From Octopus sinensis (lineage: Eukaryota): a DNA stretch of 64,000 bases. The stretch spans positions 18,104,001 to 18,168,000 of the forward strand of contig NC_043017.1 of assembly GCF_006345805.1 (NCBI RefSeq). The letters are read 5' to 3'. Position 1 is the stretch's first letter, and the number at the start of each line of letters is the position of its first letter. The notes under the pieces are model-generated. The model made no database searches and had not been told where the DNA came from. It saw nothing but the letters and a program-made list of their open reading frames with translations. Shown here piece by piece: positions 27,370-41,017 of the stretch. A program made the translations under genes and the position numbers.

Positions 27370-28258
27370 TTCAGCATCCATTATCATCCTCCAGGCCATT
27401 ACAGAGGAATTTAAGACCGGCTACCCCTAGGAACTACTATATGCTGATCATTTCACTCTCATGACAGAATCTCTAACAGAATTGGGTAAGAAATTCCCAG
27501 TGTAGAATCAAAACCAGCAATCACAGAGCCTTAAAGTTAACTTAGCAAAGACCAAAGTTCTAGTAAGCAAGAAAATAGACAATACTCTACCACCTTCAGG
27601 TAAATGGCCTTGCTTGATATGTAGGAAAGGTGTAGGCAGAAATTCCATGCAGTGCAAGCTATGGACCTACAAGCAGTGCAGTGGAATCACAGAATGGTTA
27701 ACAGAGAAAGGAATGTTTGTGTGTGGAAGATGCACAGGAGACATGGGTAACTGACTATAATCAAATGCTCTGGAAGCTCTCTAGAGGTTGTAGAGAATTT
27801 CCGTTTCTTAGATGACCTACTCAGCAGTGGAGGAGGGTGTTCCAAAAGTGTAATTGCTAGAATAAAATGGGAAAAAAATTCAGAGAGCTTTAACCTCTGT
27901 TGGCAACCAAAGGTCTCTCTCTCTCTGAATGAAAGGAAGATTCTATGATGTTGTGTACAAAAAGCAATGATAGTGAGGTGTGGGCCCTAAATGTAGAGGA
28001 CATGCAAAGATTAGAAAGGAACAAAGCTAGTATAGTCATTGCGTGGGCAATGTTAGGGCGCATGCATAACAAAGTGCTAGTGTATTAAGGGAAAAGTTAG
28101 ACTTAAGAGGAGTTAGATGTAGTGTACAGGAGAGAAGACTGAGCTGGTTCAGTCATGTGATGTGTATGGATGAGGACGGCTGCATAAAGATGTACTGACC
28201 ACTTAAAGTGGACGAAACTCATGGCAGAGTGAGACCTAGGAAGACATAGAATGAAGTA
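27370..28258 (+). mobile_element. Older RTE RT fragment (inverted partial paralog at ~42080-42420)
   Basis: QAITEEFKTG.P.ELLYAD-like segment alignable to 22050-22900. Confidence 0.75.
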
Positions 28259-28489
28259 GAAACCAGTGGTAGAAACCTTACCAAATCAGATTGGAACATG
28301 GTGCAGCTCCCCAGCTTACTAGTTTTCAGTCAAACCGTCCGACCCATGCCAGCATAGAAAAACAGATGTTAAATGATGATGATGATGATGACCAAGAAGC
28401 AAAAGAAAAAAAAAAATTTGATCAAGAAACATTGTTATATGAGTTATTAAATTTTATTTCCCTACAAGCTGAATTTTCATACAGAATCA

Positions 28490-29466
<977 letters not shown>

Positions 29467-30753
29467 TCACGCATGATATGGTTTCTCTCCTGTGTGAATA
29501 CGTTTATGCTTCATTAAGTGGCTACTATCAGAAAATGATTTACCACATGTAACACAGTCATATGGTTTCTCTCCTGTATGAATACGTCTGTGTACAGTTA
29601 AAGTAGCATTCTGAGAGAATGATGTACCACAAATATTACACTGAAATGGCTTCTCTCCTGTATGAATACGCTTATGTCTAGTTAGGAGATTTTTTAGATA
29701 GAATGATTTACCACAGATATCACAATCATATGGTTTCTCTCCAGTATGAACATGTCTGTGAGTAGTTAAGTCACTTTTTTGAGAGAATGATCTACCACAG
29801 ATATCACAGTGATATGGCGTATCTCCTGTATGAATACGTCTGTGTATAGTTAAATGAGAATTCGTAGAGAATGATTTACCACAGATATCACAGTGATATG
29901 GTTTCTCTCCTGTATGAAGACGCCTGTGAGAAGCTAAGTTAAAACTTGGAGAGAATGATTTACCACAGATATCACAGTCATATGGTTTCTCTCCTGTATG
30001 AATATATCTGTGTGTAGTTAAGTGACTCTTTTGAGAGAATGATTTACCACAGATATCACAGTGATATGGCGTATCTCCTGTATGAATACGTCTGTGAACA
30101 GTTAATTGACAACTTACAGAGAATGATTTACCACAGATATCACAGTGATATGGCTTCTCTCCTGTATGAATACGTTTGTGTACAGTTAGATCAGCATTCG
30201 TAGAGAATGATTTACCACAGATATCACAGTGATGTGGCTTCTCTCCTGCATGAATACGTTTGTGAATTGCTAAGTAACCGTTTCGAGAGAATGATTTACC
30301 ACAGATATCGCAGTGATATGGCTTCTCTCCTGAATGAATACGTCTGTGAGTAGCTAAGTTACCACTGATAGAGAATGATTTACCACAGATATCACAGTGA
30401 TGTGGCTGCTCTCCTGTATGAATACGTCTGTGACCTACTAAGGTACTGCATTTAGAGAATGATTTACCACAGATATCACAGACATACCGTTTCTCTTCTA
30501 CATGAATACGTCTGTGTACAGTTAACTCATCATTTCGACAGAAGGATTTACCACAGATATCACAGTGATGTGGCTTCTCTATTGTATGAATAAGTTTGTG
30601 AGTTGTAAAGTTACATTTATAAGAGAATGATTTTTTACAGATATCACACTGATATAATATATTCCCATTCTCTTTCTTAATATCATTGGGGAAATTCATT
30701 CTTTGCCACTGTGTATTACATTGATTTTTTTCACACATTTCATTTTCCATCAT
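29467..30753 (-). CDS. C2H2 zinc-finger protein E (428 aa, 14 fingers)
   Basis: ORF track; acceptor at 31042/31041. Confidence 0.92.
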   Translation of the reverse strand: MMENEMCEKNQCNTQWQRMNFPNDIKKENGNILYQCDICKKSFSYKCNFTTHKLIHTIEKPHHCDICGKSFCRNDELTVHRRIHVEEKRYVCDICGKSFSKCSTLVGHRRIHTGEQPHHCDICGKSFSISGNLATHRRIHSGEKPYHCDICGKSFSRNGYLAIHKRIHAGEKPHHCDICGKSFSTNADLTVHKRIHTGEKPYHCDICGKSFSVSCQLTVHRRIHTGDTPYHCDICGKSFSQKSHLTTHRYIHTGEKPYDCDICGKSFSPSFNLASHRRLHTGEKPYHCDICGKSFSTNSHLTIHRRIHTGDTPYHCDICGRSFSQKSDLTTHRHVHTGEKPYDCDICGKSFYLKNLLTRHKRIHTGEKPFQCNICGTSFSQNATLTVHRRIHTGEKPYDCVTCGKSFSDSSHLMKHKRIHTGEKPYHA

Positions 30754-32596
30754 TCTTTATCTTTCTCCACAATATAGATGCCTTTTTTTCTTCTGCTATA
30801 TTTCCATCAACTGTGATCGTAATAAATATTCAAAGATGCTGCAAACTCCTTTGTAATCCAATTTTAATTAGAATATAAAATCATCTTCTACACATTCCAA
30901 ACAGAAGAGACAGAAAATTCAGCTATTAATCTCTATTTTTTTGCTGGTAATGTTTTCCATCGAGTCTTTCTTTCCTCACAAGATGATAAATATTGATGGA
31001 TATGAGGCAAATAATTCTTTTATGGCATCATCATCTATATTCTGAAATAAAACGAGAAGAAATATAAAATATAGAGGATATTTCTATAAAAAGTAGACAT
31101 TTTACTACATTTCTTATATCTTCTTTTGTTTCAGATTTTTGGTATAAACTCAAGTAGCACTTCCCTTTATCAACCCAAAAAGGGTGAAAATTGTAAAAAA
31201 ATATATAGGTTATGAGGAGTTACACAGGGTGCTGAAACCAGAATTTCACCATGAGTTGTCAAGTATGTATAGAAATAAAAGTAAATGGTGACTAAACAAT
31301 GTTCCGAAATGACATTAAGAAATACAAACTTTCTCTTTGCGTTGATCTGAAGATATGGAGGAATAACGAGCATTGAAATGGAGTGTAGAAAGGAAATTAC
31401 TGAAAGTATTAAGACAACAAAAGGCAATGTTAGCTAAAGCAAGTTTTTTAACTCACTATATTATATAGGACTACCATATAGGAATTAAAACAATATCGTT
31501 ACTTTAGGGTAATTTCTTCTTTACTTCAATTTCTTTCCATTGTCTTTAAACACATCAAAACAAAAGAATGTAGTAGAAAGAGGACACGACCTATACAATG
31601 TAGATGTTGTTTCTATCAATAATACTTACATATTAATACAGAGCCAATGACGAAGATGTCACCATAAATTCAAGTTTTACAACAAACATTCGTTTAGATT
31701 TTTCACATCGATATAATAAAGAAAGCTGTAGTATTATCTCTTCATATTTAATTAGCAATCATCTCTAATTAACTGGATCACCTAAATGTCTGTTATAAAC
31801 TAATGATCGCCTAAATTAGATCTGTCCTAGAAATTAAAGATGTTTATCAAACAATAGAATAATTTAGCTCGTCTTAACAATTCTTTCTCCGCTTTCAACA
31901 TAAGTCTTGAAATATATTCTGGTTTCCTTGAATTATTCTTTTATCTTCTAAAAGATGTAAATGCGAGCATTTCTGGTCCGTATTACTAAAAACGGTGTCA
32001 AAACATCTATATACCTCACAATGACATGTTCCATATACTTCGGTGGGTTTTTTTTTCTCGTTTTAGAATAAGTTTAGAAAGTGAAAATGAAAATAAATCA
32101 ACCCTTAAGATCAATATTAGATTAATGATGAAATTACGATGTCATTTTTGTGTAAAAATATTACTATGTAAAGTGGTGAAGATAATTACTTTCAATTATA
32201 TTTTTATGAGTTCATGTTTTGAAATAAAAGGAATCAGAGATCTAATGCAGTTTTGCACCTCTCATGGAAAAATGCATTTTTCGGATACGTTTTATATGTC
32301 GGAGATAACGAATATGCAAAAAAAAAATTAGATTTACCCCACTCCTACCATCGAATTAAAAATTTTGATTTTGTTTACTTTCAAGAGAATGTCGCGAAAT
32401 GACGAACATATGCAAATCGAAATTAAATATAGACAAAAACATTAAAGTGAAAAGAATTTGCGCTTTACTTGTGTTTGCCTTAAATAATCGTAAAACATTT
32501 TCATCCATTTATTTCTTTGTCTGTCTATTTATCCGTATCTGTTTATATCTATCTATCTGTCTGTCTGTCTATAAACATAACTTTATGCTTACTCAC

Positions 32597-32690
32597 CGAA
32601 TAAGAAAAATCAGAAATGTCTGTTTTTGTGTGAGACTGTGTGAGAGGTCCGTCGGAGAGGCGAGGCGAAATTTGAAAAATCTAAAATTTG
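32597..32690 (-). other. Putative non-coding first exon of ZNF-E
   Basis: Donor TCG|gtgagtaag at 32597/32596; paralogous to 26559-26650. Confidence 0.5.
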
Positions 32691-32701
32691 GGAGAATGGG
32701 A

Positions 32702-33248
32702 GGATCATTTCAATCTGGCGGCCAAAATTTTCAATTAATTTTAAAAAAATAATAATGAAATTATTGTATACAGTGCTCAGGTGCACTTTGAAAATTCGGT
32801 TGCTGGTAGAATGTATCACATAGAACAGGGTTTATTCTTAACGTTTTTGACAACATTTTGTATTTTAGAAGTTGTTTCGTGTTAAAGTTGTCGTATTTGG
32901 GTAATTTTAACCAATCAGTGACGTGTATTCAGCTGAAGAAAATTACTCCTGCTGTTTGTGAACAATAACTTCCGGGTCCTTTAATAAAACTCTTCTTTAA
33001 TAACCAGAGATGATTTTATAGCAAGATAAGTTTGCTGTATCAGGGTTGATTTGAGGCTAAATAACAACAAAATTATTACTGAGACAGACCAACGACAGAG
33101 CCTCTATGTGGTTGAATGACCTACTAGAAAATGTAGCCAAACTTTTTTATGTGCAGAATAGAAAAACCTCCGACACATTCAACCAGCATCCGAAGTTTCA
33201 AACTGTTTAGTTATTTTTAAAAATCTGTGACTTAGATTGAAAAGATCC
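32702..33248. mobile_element. Diverged GGATC-TIR MITE relative (left part duplicated at ~26660-26810)
   Basis: GGATC(A/T)TTTC... and ...GAAAAGATCC ends; interior ggtagaatgt.tcacata motif shared with the family. Confidence 0.55.
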
Positions 33249-33744
33249 GTAAAACTACTTTCGTACAACACTGGATATTAGCCATTATATGAACCTAGTT
33301 CCCATAACATCTATTTATTTAATACGAAAATCTGAATAGATTGAGCTAGTCAAAGGAATGCCATTATTTGGAATATAGATACTTGCTATCTTTTATTCTT
33401 TCAACTTTTCTTTAACTTTAGCTGCTTCATCAAACAGTGAAGAATAGCTCTGATTGTAATGGCTATGTGAAAAAAGGTGTTCCAGCCATGGCTATTTTGT
33501 CTTATTCTTTTCTAGAAGTAATGAATTCCTAAGCGAACATTATAAACTAATTTAAACTTGCATTCTTCTTATTTTTGAAGACGGAAATTTCATTTTTCTT
33601 TTTGTCAGGAAGAGTTGGTTGCTCTTTCTAGCGACCCGGAAGTTGTTATTCGCAAACAACAACAATAATTTTCTTCAGCTGAATACACGCCATTTATTTG
33701 TTAAAATTACCCAAATATTTTGGTAATTTCCCCATTCATCCCAG

Positions 33745-33844
33745 TGCATTGTCGGTCCCAAGTCCGAATTGTTCAGGTATTCCACTGACTCAGAGAGTCC
33801 AATGAATGTCTTGTCATCTTCATTGGATGAGTTCAGTTGTTCAG
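33745..33844 (+). other. Putative short 5' exon of ZNF-F followed by a 101-nt intron
   Basis: CAG|gtaaac donor at 33844/33845; acceptor at 33945/33946; paralog of 11324-11423. Confidence 0.55.
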
Positions 33845-34316
33845 GTAAACGTTTCTATCTACTGTTTATCAATATAGAAGAAATGTAGTTGGATGTCTTC
33901 ATATTAAGTTTCCTCTATATTTTACATCGTTTCTTTTTATTTCAGAATATCAAATGACATTGGGATACGAGAATGTTATTAACTTCAGATCCATCAGTAT
34001 TTATTATGTTTTAACGACTCAATGTCATTTAGAACAGACGTCAACCTTGGTTACATAAGTATATCTATGGAAGAATTACTTTGATATAATTGCTCCGAAC
34101 GAAAATTAATCGCCGTATACACAAGCTGATTTTATATTCTAATTGAACTTGGATTAGAAAGAATTTTGCGGCATCTTCGATTATAAAACAAATATTGTTT
34201 GAAGGAAATACAGCGGAAGAAATATTTCTTGGGAATGAAAAATAGAAAAATAGGAGAAATGAAAAAAGAAAAATAGGAGAAAAATATCAGCATTTTGTGG
34301 TGAGAGAAGAAACATT

Positions 34317-35252
34317 ATGGAAGGTCAATTGTGTAAAAATGAAGTTAAATGTGAAACGTGGTCTGAAAGTATTGATTTTCCTAATGATAAAAAGAAAGAA
34401 AAAACATTATATCACTGTGATACCTGTAACAAGTCATACACTCACAAATGTAGCTTATATACTCATAAACGTATCCACACAGGAGTTAAACCATATCATT
34501 GTGATATCTGTGGTAAATCATTCCTTATCAAAGGTCAGCTTACTACTCACAAACGCATTCATACAGGAGAGAAACCATTTCCCTGTGATATTTGTGGTAA
34601 ATCATTTTCTGAAAGTGGTCACTTAACTAGTCACAAACGAACTCATACAGGTGAGAGGCCATTTCAGTGTGACATCTGTGGTAAATCCTTTTCTGATCGT
34701 AGTTATTTAACTATACACAAACGAATTCATACAGGAGAGAAACCATATTCCTGTGATATCTGTAGTAGATCCTTCTTTGGAAGTAGTGAATTAACTAATC
34801 ACAAGCGTGTTCACACAGGTGAGAAACCACATCGCTGTGACATCTGTGGTAAATCATTCTCTGAAAGTAGTGACTTAACTAAACACAAACGTATTCATAC
34901 AGGAGAGAAACCATATCAATGTGATATTTGTGGTAAGTCATTTTCTGCAAGGTGCACATTAACTAACCACAAAATTGTTCACACTGGAGAGAAATCGTAT
35001 CACTGTGATGTTTGTGGTAAATCTTTCTCTTTAAGTTTTAATTTAACTAATCACATCCGTATTCATACAGGAGAGAAGCCACATCATTGTGATATCTGTG
35101 GTAAGTCATTCTCTCGAAGTGCTACCTTGAATACTCACAAAAATATTCATACAGGAGAGAAACCACACCAATGCGATATTTGTGGTAAATTCTTCTCTCA
35201 AAAATGTAATCTAAGCACTCACAGAAATATTCATACAGGAGAGAAACCATAA
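34317..35252 (+). CDS. C2H2 zinc-finger protein F (311 aa, 10 fingers; paralog of B)
   Basis: ORF track; finger-for-finger colinear with B. Confidence 0.93.
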   Translation: MEGQLCKNEVKCETWSESIDFPNDKKKEKTLYHCDTCNKSYTHKCSLYTHKRIHTGVKPYHCDICGKSFLIKGQLTTHKRIHTGEKPFPCDICGKSFSESGHLTSHKRTHTGERPFQCDICGKSFSDRSYLTIHKRIHTGEKPYSCDICSRSFFGSSELTNHKRVHTGEKPHRCDICGKSFSESSDLTKHKRIHTGEKPYQCDICGKSFSARCTLTNHKIVHTGEKSYHCDVCGKSFSLSFNLTNHIRIHTGEKPHHCDICGKSFSRSATLNTHKNIHTGEKPHQCDICGKFFSQKCNLSTHRNIHTGEKP

Positions 35253-35949
35253 TAACATCTGTGGTAAATCATTCTGTGATACAAGTTACTTAACTAGACA
35301 CAAATGTGTTCATACAGAAGAGAGACCATAGAACTATGAACTCTGAAGTAAATCAATCGCTCAAAAGAGTATAAAATATTTAAATAGATATTGTGTTTTG
35401 AAAAAAATAAAATCTCAGTACATGGGAAATTTTAACTTTGTTTTCGTTTTCAATAAATATAACACTTAAATACAACCATATATATATATTATATATATAT
35501 ATATATATATGTACGACAGGCACCTTGCCAACCCCCTTTGCTTGTGAAGATGTTGGGCAAGCGAAATCGAAATCGAATTGAACAGCCAGGATCCCTGGTC
35601 TGGTGGTACGTAAAAAGCACTATCCAACTCGTGGCCGATGCCAGCACCGCCTCGACTGGCTTCCGTGCCGGTGGCACATAAAATACACCAATCTGACCGT
35701 GGCCGTTGCCAGCCCCGCCTGGCACTGTGCAGGTGGCACGTAAAAAGCACCACTACATCACGGAGTGGTTGGCGTTAGGAAGGGCATCCAGCTGTAGAAA
35801 CATTGCCAAATTAGACTGGAGCCTGTGCAGCCTTCTGGCTTCCCAGAAACCCGGTCGAACCGTCCAACCCATGCTAGCATGGAGAACGGACGTTAAACGA
35901 CGATGATGATATATAATATATAGATATATAATATATATATATATAATAT

Positions 35950-36097
35950 ATATAATTCGAGACAAAACCACTATTTAAAACCAAACAGGAAAGACTTAAT
36001 CAATACATAAAATTTATTTAATTTATATTAAAATTTTATGTATTGATTAAGTCTTTCCTTGTTTGGTTTTAAAATAGTGGTTTTGTCTCGAATTATA
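35950..36097. repeat. Near-perfect palindrome, ~65-bp arms
   Basis: ataattcgagacaaaaccac...cataaaattt vs its reverse complement, with two 1-nt homopolymer indels. Confidence 0.9.
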
Positions 36098-36178
36098 TTA
36101 TATAATATTTTACTATAAAATTGGATTTAACCCTAAATCTGATTTTTCCCTGTAATTTTGGATTCATTCCCTAATATT

Positions 36179-36223
<45 letters not shown>

Positions 36224-36307
36224 AAAATTTTTAATTTTGGACATGGGGTTTCCTAAGGTTTTGTGTCCACAAAGCCAATGATTTGTCGATAGCTGGTCAT
36301 AAATTTT

Positions 36308-36695
36308 GGATCTTTTCGGTTTCAACGGCAGTTTTCAACATAATTTCTAGGTAACTAAAAAAATTAAACTTCGTATACTGGTAGAATGTGTTTATAAAAC
36401 ATCTTTTTCTCTTGGCTTTATTGAGAAAATTCTATAGTTTGTAAGGTGTTTGTTGTTTTTTTTCTTCAATTTCTGCAATTTCAACCAATCACGGACGTCT
36501 ATTGAGGTAAAAAAAAGCATTGACGTAAAAAAACAAACTGATTGAGTTTATTTACATTTGTGAAGAAAAAAAAGATACCCTTACCCCATCCCCAACTCTA
36601 ACCCAAAAACAGATTGAAATGCAATAGATCGATACTAGGGTGACAATTTCATATGACACCGCCAGAAAAAACTGCCGTTCAAACCGAAAAGATCC
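36308..36695. mobile_element. MITE with GGATC...GATCC ~28-bp TIRs and an 8-bp TSD (TAAATTTT); Merlin-like
   Basis: TIR GGATCTTTTCGGTTTCAACGGCAG / CTGCCGTTCAAACCGAAAAGATCC; TSD at 36300-36307 and 36696-36703. Confidence 0.85.
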
Positions 36696-39600
36696 TAAAT
36701 TTTCTACGTCAAGGATGTGAGGAAACGCTTGCAAGTCAAGACTTAAGTCTTAACATATATGCATCATCGGAATTTCGTCATTAATCTAATATTGATGTTA
36801 AGGGTTGATATATTTTCCTTTTCAAACTCTAAAATTATTCTAAAAACAAGGGGGGGGGGGGAAGCATATGGAACATGTCATTGTGAGGTATATAGATGTT
36901 TTGACACCGTTTTTAATGATGCGGAGAATAATACGGAACTGGAATGCTCAGATTTACATCTTTTAGAAGATAAAAAAATATATAAGGGAAACCAGAATAT
37001 ATATAAAGACTTATGTTGAAAGCAGGGAGAGAATTAATTGTTAAGACTAGCTAAATTATTCTATTGTTTGATAAACATCTTTAATTTCGAGGACAGATCT
37101 TGTTTTCAACTGACATTTAAGTGATCCAGTTAATTAGAGATGATTGCTAATTAACTATGAAAAGATAATACTGTAGCTTTCTTTAATATGTCGATGTGAA
37201 AAATTTGAATGAAGGTTTGTTGTAAAATATAGAAGTTGTGTTGAAGCTGTCATCGTCCAGTCTGAGTTGTGACTATTTGAATCTATCGTGGCATCTTCGT
37301 CAATGGCTCTATATTAATATGTAAGTATTATTAACAGAAACAACATCTACATTGTACAGGTCGTTTGTTTGGATGTGTTCAAAGATGATGGAAAGAAAGT
37401 GAAGTAAAGAAGAAATTTTCCTGAAGTAACGATGTTGTCTTAATTCCGATATGGTAGTCCTATATAATATAGTGAGTTAAAAAACTTGCTTTAATTACAT
37501 TGCCTTTTGTTGTTTTAATACTTTTAGTTTTCCTTTCCACACCCCATTTCAGTTATCTTTATTCCGCCATACCTTCAGATCAACGCAAAGAGATAGTTTG
37601 TATTTCTTAATGTCATTTCGGAACATGTTTAGTCGCCATTTACCTTTATTTCTATACATACTTGACAACTCATGGTGAAATTCTTGTTTCAGCACTCCAT
37701 GTAACTCCTCGTAGCTTACATATTTTCGTGAATTTGTGTTCTACATACGGGAATTCGGCAAAAGCAATTTTTAGAACATTTTTCGTCTCCATCCCCATAA
37801 ATCCTAAAATTCCACTCTTTCTCGAATTAAATATAAAATCATAGTTTCAAAATACAGATAGTTCGATTCCTAAATTTGTTTCTGATTATAAGTTCAAAAT
37901 AATTTTCAGACGAAAATGTGTGTGATTTAAGAGACATTTAGCTGTTGCTCTCGGCATATCCCAAGTCCACAGGGTACCTTCCTCGCTTTCTGTCACTCTG
38001 ACATGTATTGATGTTTTTCAATACTTTGTCCCCATAAAAATATACAGTGGAATGATGATGCGCCCAAGGGAGGGTTTATCGCTGGGGGTTCAAGCAAAAC
38101 AAAAACAAAAAACGTTTTGTAATTTAAATCCTTACACCCCTACCCTCCCATGCACCAAGCAGGTGTGTCTGTATTGTGTCAGAAAAAAAAAAACTTACTA
38201 ACAGAAAAGTATGCTATTATTATAAATTCTCATTTACTTATAGGTGCAGACATGGCTGTGTAGTAAGAAGCTTGCTTTCTAACCACATAGTTCCAGGTTC
38301 AGTCCCACTGCATGACACCTTAGGCAAGTGTCTTCTACTATGGCCTCAGGCCCTGCAAAGCCTTGTGAGTGGATTTGGTAGATGGAAACTGAAAGAAGCC
38401 CAAAGTGTATACATGTACATGTTTGTGTGTCTGTGTTTAATTCCCTCCCACCCCGCCATCACTGTACAACCGATGTTACTATGTTTATGTCCCTGTAACT
38501 TAGCAGTTCAGCAAAAGAAAACGATGGAATAAGTACTAGGCTTACAAAGAACAAGTCTTGGTACCACTTTGTTCGACTAAAGGCGGTGCTCCAGCATGGT
38601 TGCAATCAAACAACTGAAATAAGTAAGAGAATGTGCCTTCTTTTAAATCCCTATGGATAAATCTCAGCAGATACTTCACACTCCCCAATACCTGTGTGAT
38701 TGATATGCATTAGATCGAATTTGAGTATCCACAAGGATTATTGGGTGATAGGAGGGATGGGAAAATTTTAATAAAATACATTTTTGCACAGTTGTACAAG
38801 GTCTAATGTGTAGAACACAAATTGACAAAATAATTCCGAAAATACCAACAAAAGTTATGATTGATTACATAGTGTACATTGATCCAGAATCCATAATATG
38901 CCGTGCATATGTGTCAATATTTTTAACATTGCGAATTTGGATTTCAAAGGATTTCCAATATTTAAAAAGGTTGAATTAAAATAAACCTTTTTTCCATAAT
39001 CACATGAACTCCTGTGTGTACAAAACAAATTCACAAAGGTTTTCTGAAAATTCCAAGAAACAGAAAATGTTATGAAGGGTTACAAGGGGTGCTTAAACCT
39101 TTCATCCTTTTGAGATCAATAAAAATAAGTACCAGCTAAGTACTGGGGTCAATATAATCAGCTCTCCCCATCCCCAGATTTTCAGGCCTTGTGCCTATAT
39201 TAGAAAGGATTTTTCATTATTCTTAGGTGGGGAGTAGTCAAAATCCTTAGTCCATGCTTAGCAGCATTTTTTCTCACTCTTTACACATCTCATTGAGGTC
39301 AGGTTTGTCTTTCACCCTTTTTGGGTTGATTAAGGGAAGTGCTACCAGAGATTATGCCAAAAATTCGTCACAAATAAAAATAATGTAACAAAATGTCTAC
39401 TTTTTATAGAAATATCCTCTATATTTTATATTTGTTCTCCTTTTATTTCAGAATATAGATGATGATGCCATAAAAGAATTATTTGCCTAAGATCCATCAA
39501 TATTTATCATCATGTAAAGAAAGAAGGACTCTACAGAAAATATTACCATCAAAAAATGGAAATTAATAGCAGAATTTCCTGTCTTTTCTGTTTGAAATGT

Positions 39601-39739
39601 GTAGAAAATGATTTTATATTCTAATTGAAATTGGATTACAAGGGAGTTTGCAGCATCTTCAAATATTTATCAAGATTACAGTTGAGGGAAATATAGCAGA
39701 AGAAAAAAAAAGCATCTATATTGTGGAGAAAGATAAAGA

Positions 39740-41017
39740 ATGATGGAAAATGAAATGTGTGAAAAAAAAGCCCAACGTAATACACAGTGGCAAAGAATAA
39801 ATTTCCCCAACTATATTAAGAAAGAAAAAAGGAAAATATTATATCAGTGTGATATCTGTAAAAAGTCATTCTCTCATAAAAGTAACTTAACAACTCACAG
39901 ACGTATTCATACAGGAGAGAAACCATATCACTGTGATATCTGTGGTAAATCATTCTCTGTAAGTAGTCACTTAACTACTCACAGACGTATTCATACAGGA
40001 GAGAAGCCGTATGACTGTGATATCTGTGGTAAATTATTCTCTGATGGTAGTCACTTAGCTACACATAAACGTATCCATAGAGGAGAGAAACCATATCACT
40101 GTGATATCTGTGGTAAATCATTTTCTGATAGTAGCCACTTCACGAAACATAAACGTATTCACACAGGAGAGAAACCATATCAGTGTGATATCTGTGGTAA
40201 ATCATTTTATGATGGAAGTCACTTAACTAAACACAAACGTATTCATACAGGTGAAAAACCATATCACTGTGATATTTGTGGTAAATCATTCTCTGGAAGT
40301 AGTGACTTAACTACTCACAAACTTATTCATACGAGAGAGAAACCATACAACTGTGATATCTGTAAAATTTCTTTCTCTCAAAAAGGTAACCTAACTACTC
40401 ACAAACGTGTTCATACAGGAGAGAAGCCGTATCACTGTGATGTCTGTGGTAAATCATTCTCTCAGCTTGGTGACTTGAACACTCACAAACATATTCATAC
40501 AGGAGAGAGGCCATATCACTGTGACATCTGTGGTAAATCATTCTCTCAGAATGGTGAGTTAACTGTACACAGACGTATTCATACAGGAGAGAAACCATAT
40601 GACTGTGATATCTGTGGTAAATCGTTCTCTATATGCAGTAACTTAACTAGACATAAACGTATTCATACAGGGGAGAAGCCATACCACTGTGATATCTGTG
40701 ATAAATCATTCTCTGTCAATAGTGCATTAGGTAAACACAAACGGACTCATACAGGAGAAAGGCCATATCAGTGTAATATTTGTGGTAAATCATTCTCAGG
40801 CAGTAGTAATTTGACTACTCACAAACTCATTCACACAGGAGAGAAACCCTATCACTGTGACATCTGTGGTAAATCGTTCTGTCAAGCTGGTCAGGTCACG
40901 TCTCATAAACGTATCCATACAGGAGAGAAACCATTCCACTGTGACATGTGTGGTAATTCATTTGCTGAGAAAAGTCATCTAAAGAGACATATCAGTGTTC
41001 ATCATGATTCATCATGA
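39740..41017 (+). CDS. C2H2 zinc-finger protein G (425 aa, 14 fingers; intact member of the C/D/E/G subfamily)
   Basis: ORF track; acceptor at 39451/39452; ends with the shared ...VHHDSS*. Confidence 0.94.
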   Translation: MMENEMCEKKAQRNTQWQRINFPNYIKKEKRKILYQCDICKKSFSHKSNLTTHRRIHTGEKPYHCDICGKSFSVSSHLTTHRRIHTGEKPYDCDICGKLFSDGSHLATHKRIHRGEKPYHCDICGKSFSDSSHFTKHKRIHTGEKPYQCDICGKSFYDGSHLTKHKRIHTGEKPYHCDICGKSFSGSSDLTTHKLIHTREKPYNCDICKISFSQKGNLTTHKRVHTGEKPYHCDVCGKSFSQLGDLNTHKHIHTGERPYHCDICGKSFSQNGELTVHRRIHTGEKPYDCDICGKSFSICSNLTRHKRIHTGEKPYHCDICDKSFSVNSALGKHKRTHTGERPYQCNICGKSFSGSSNLTTHKLIHTGEKPYHCDICGKSFCQAGQVTSHKRIHTGEKPFHCDMCGNSFAEKSHLKRHISVHHDSS

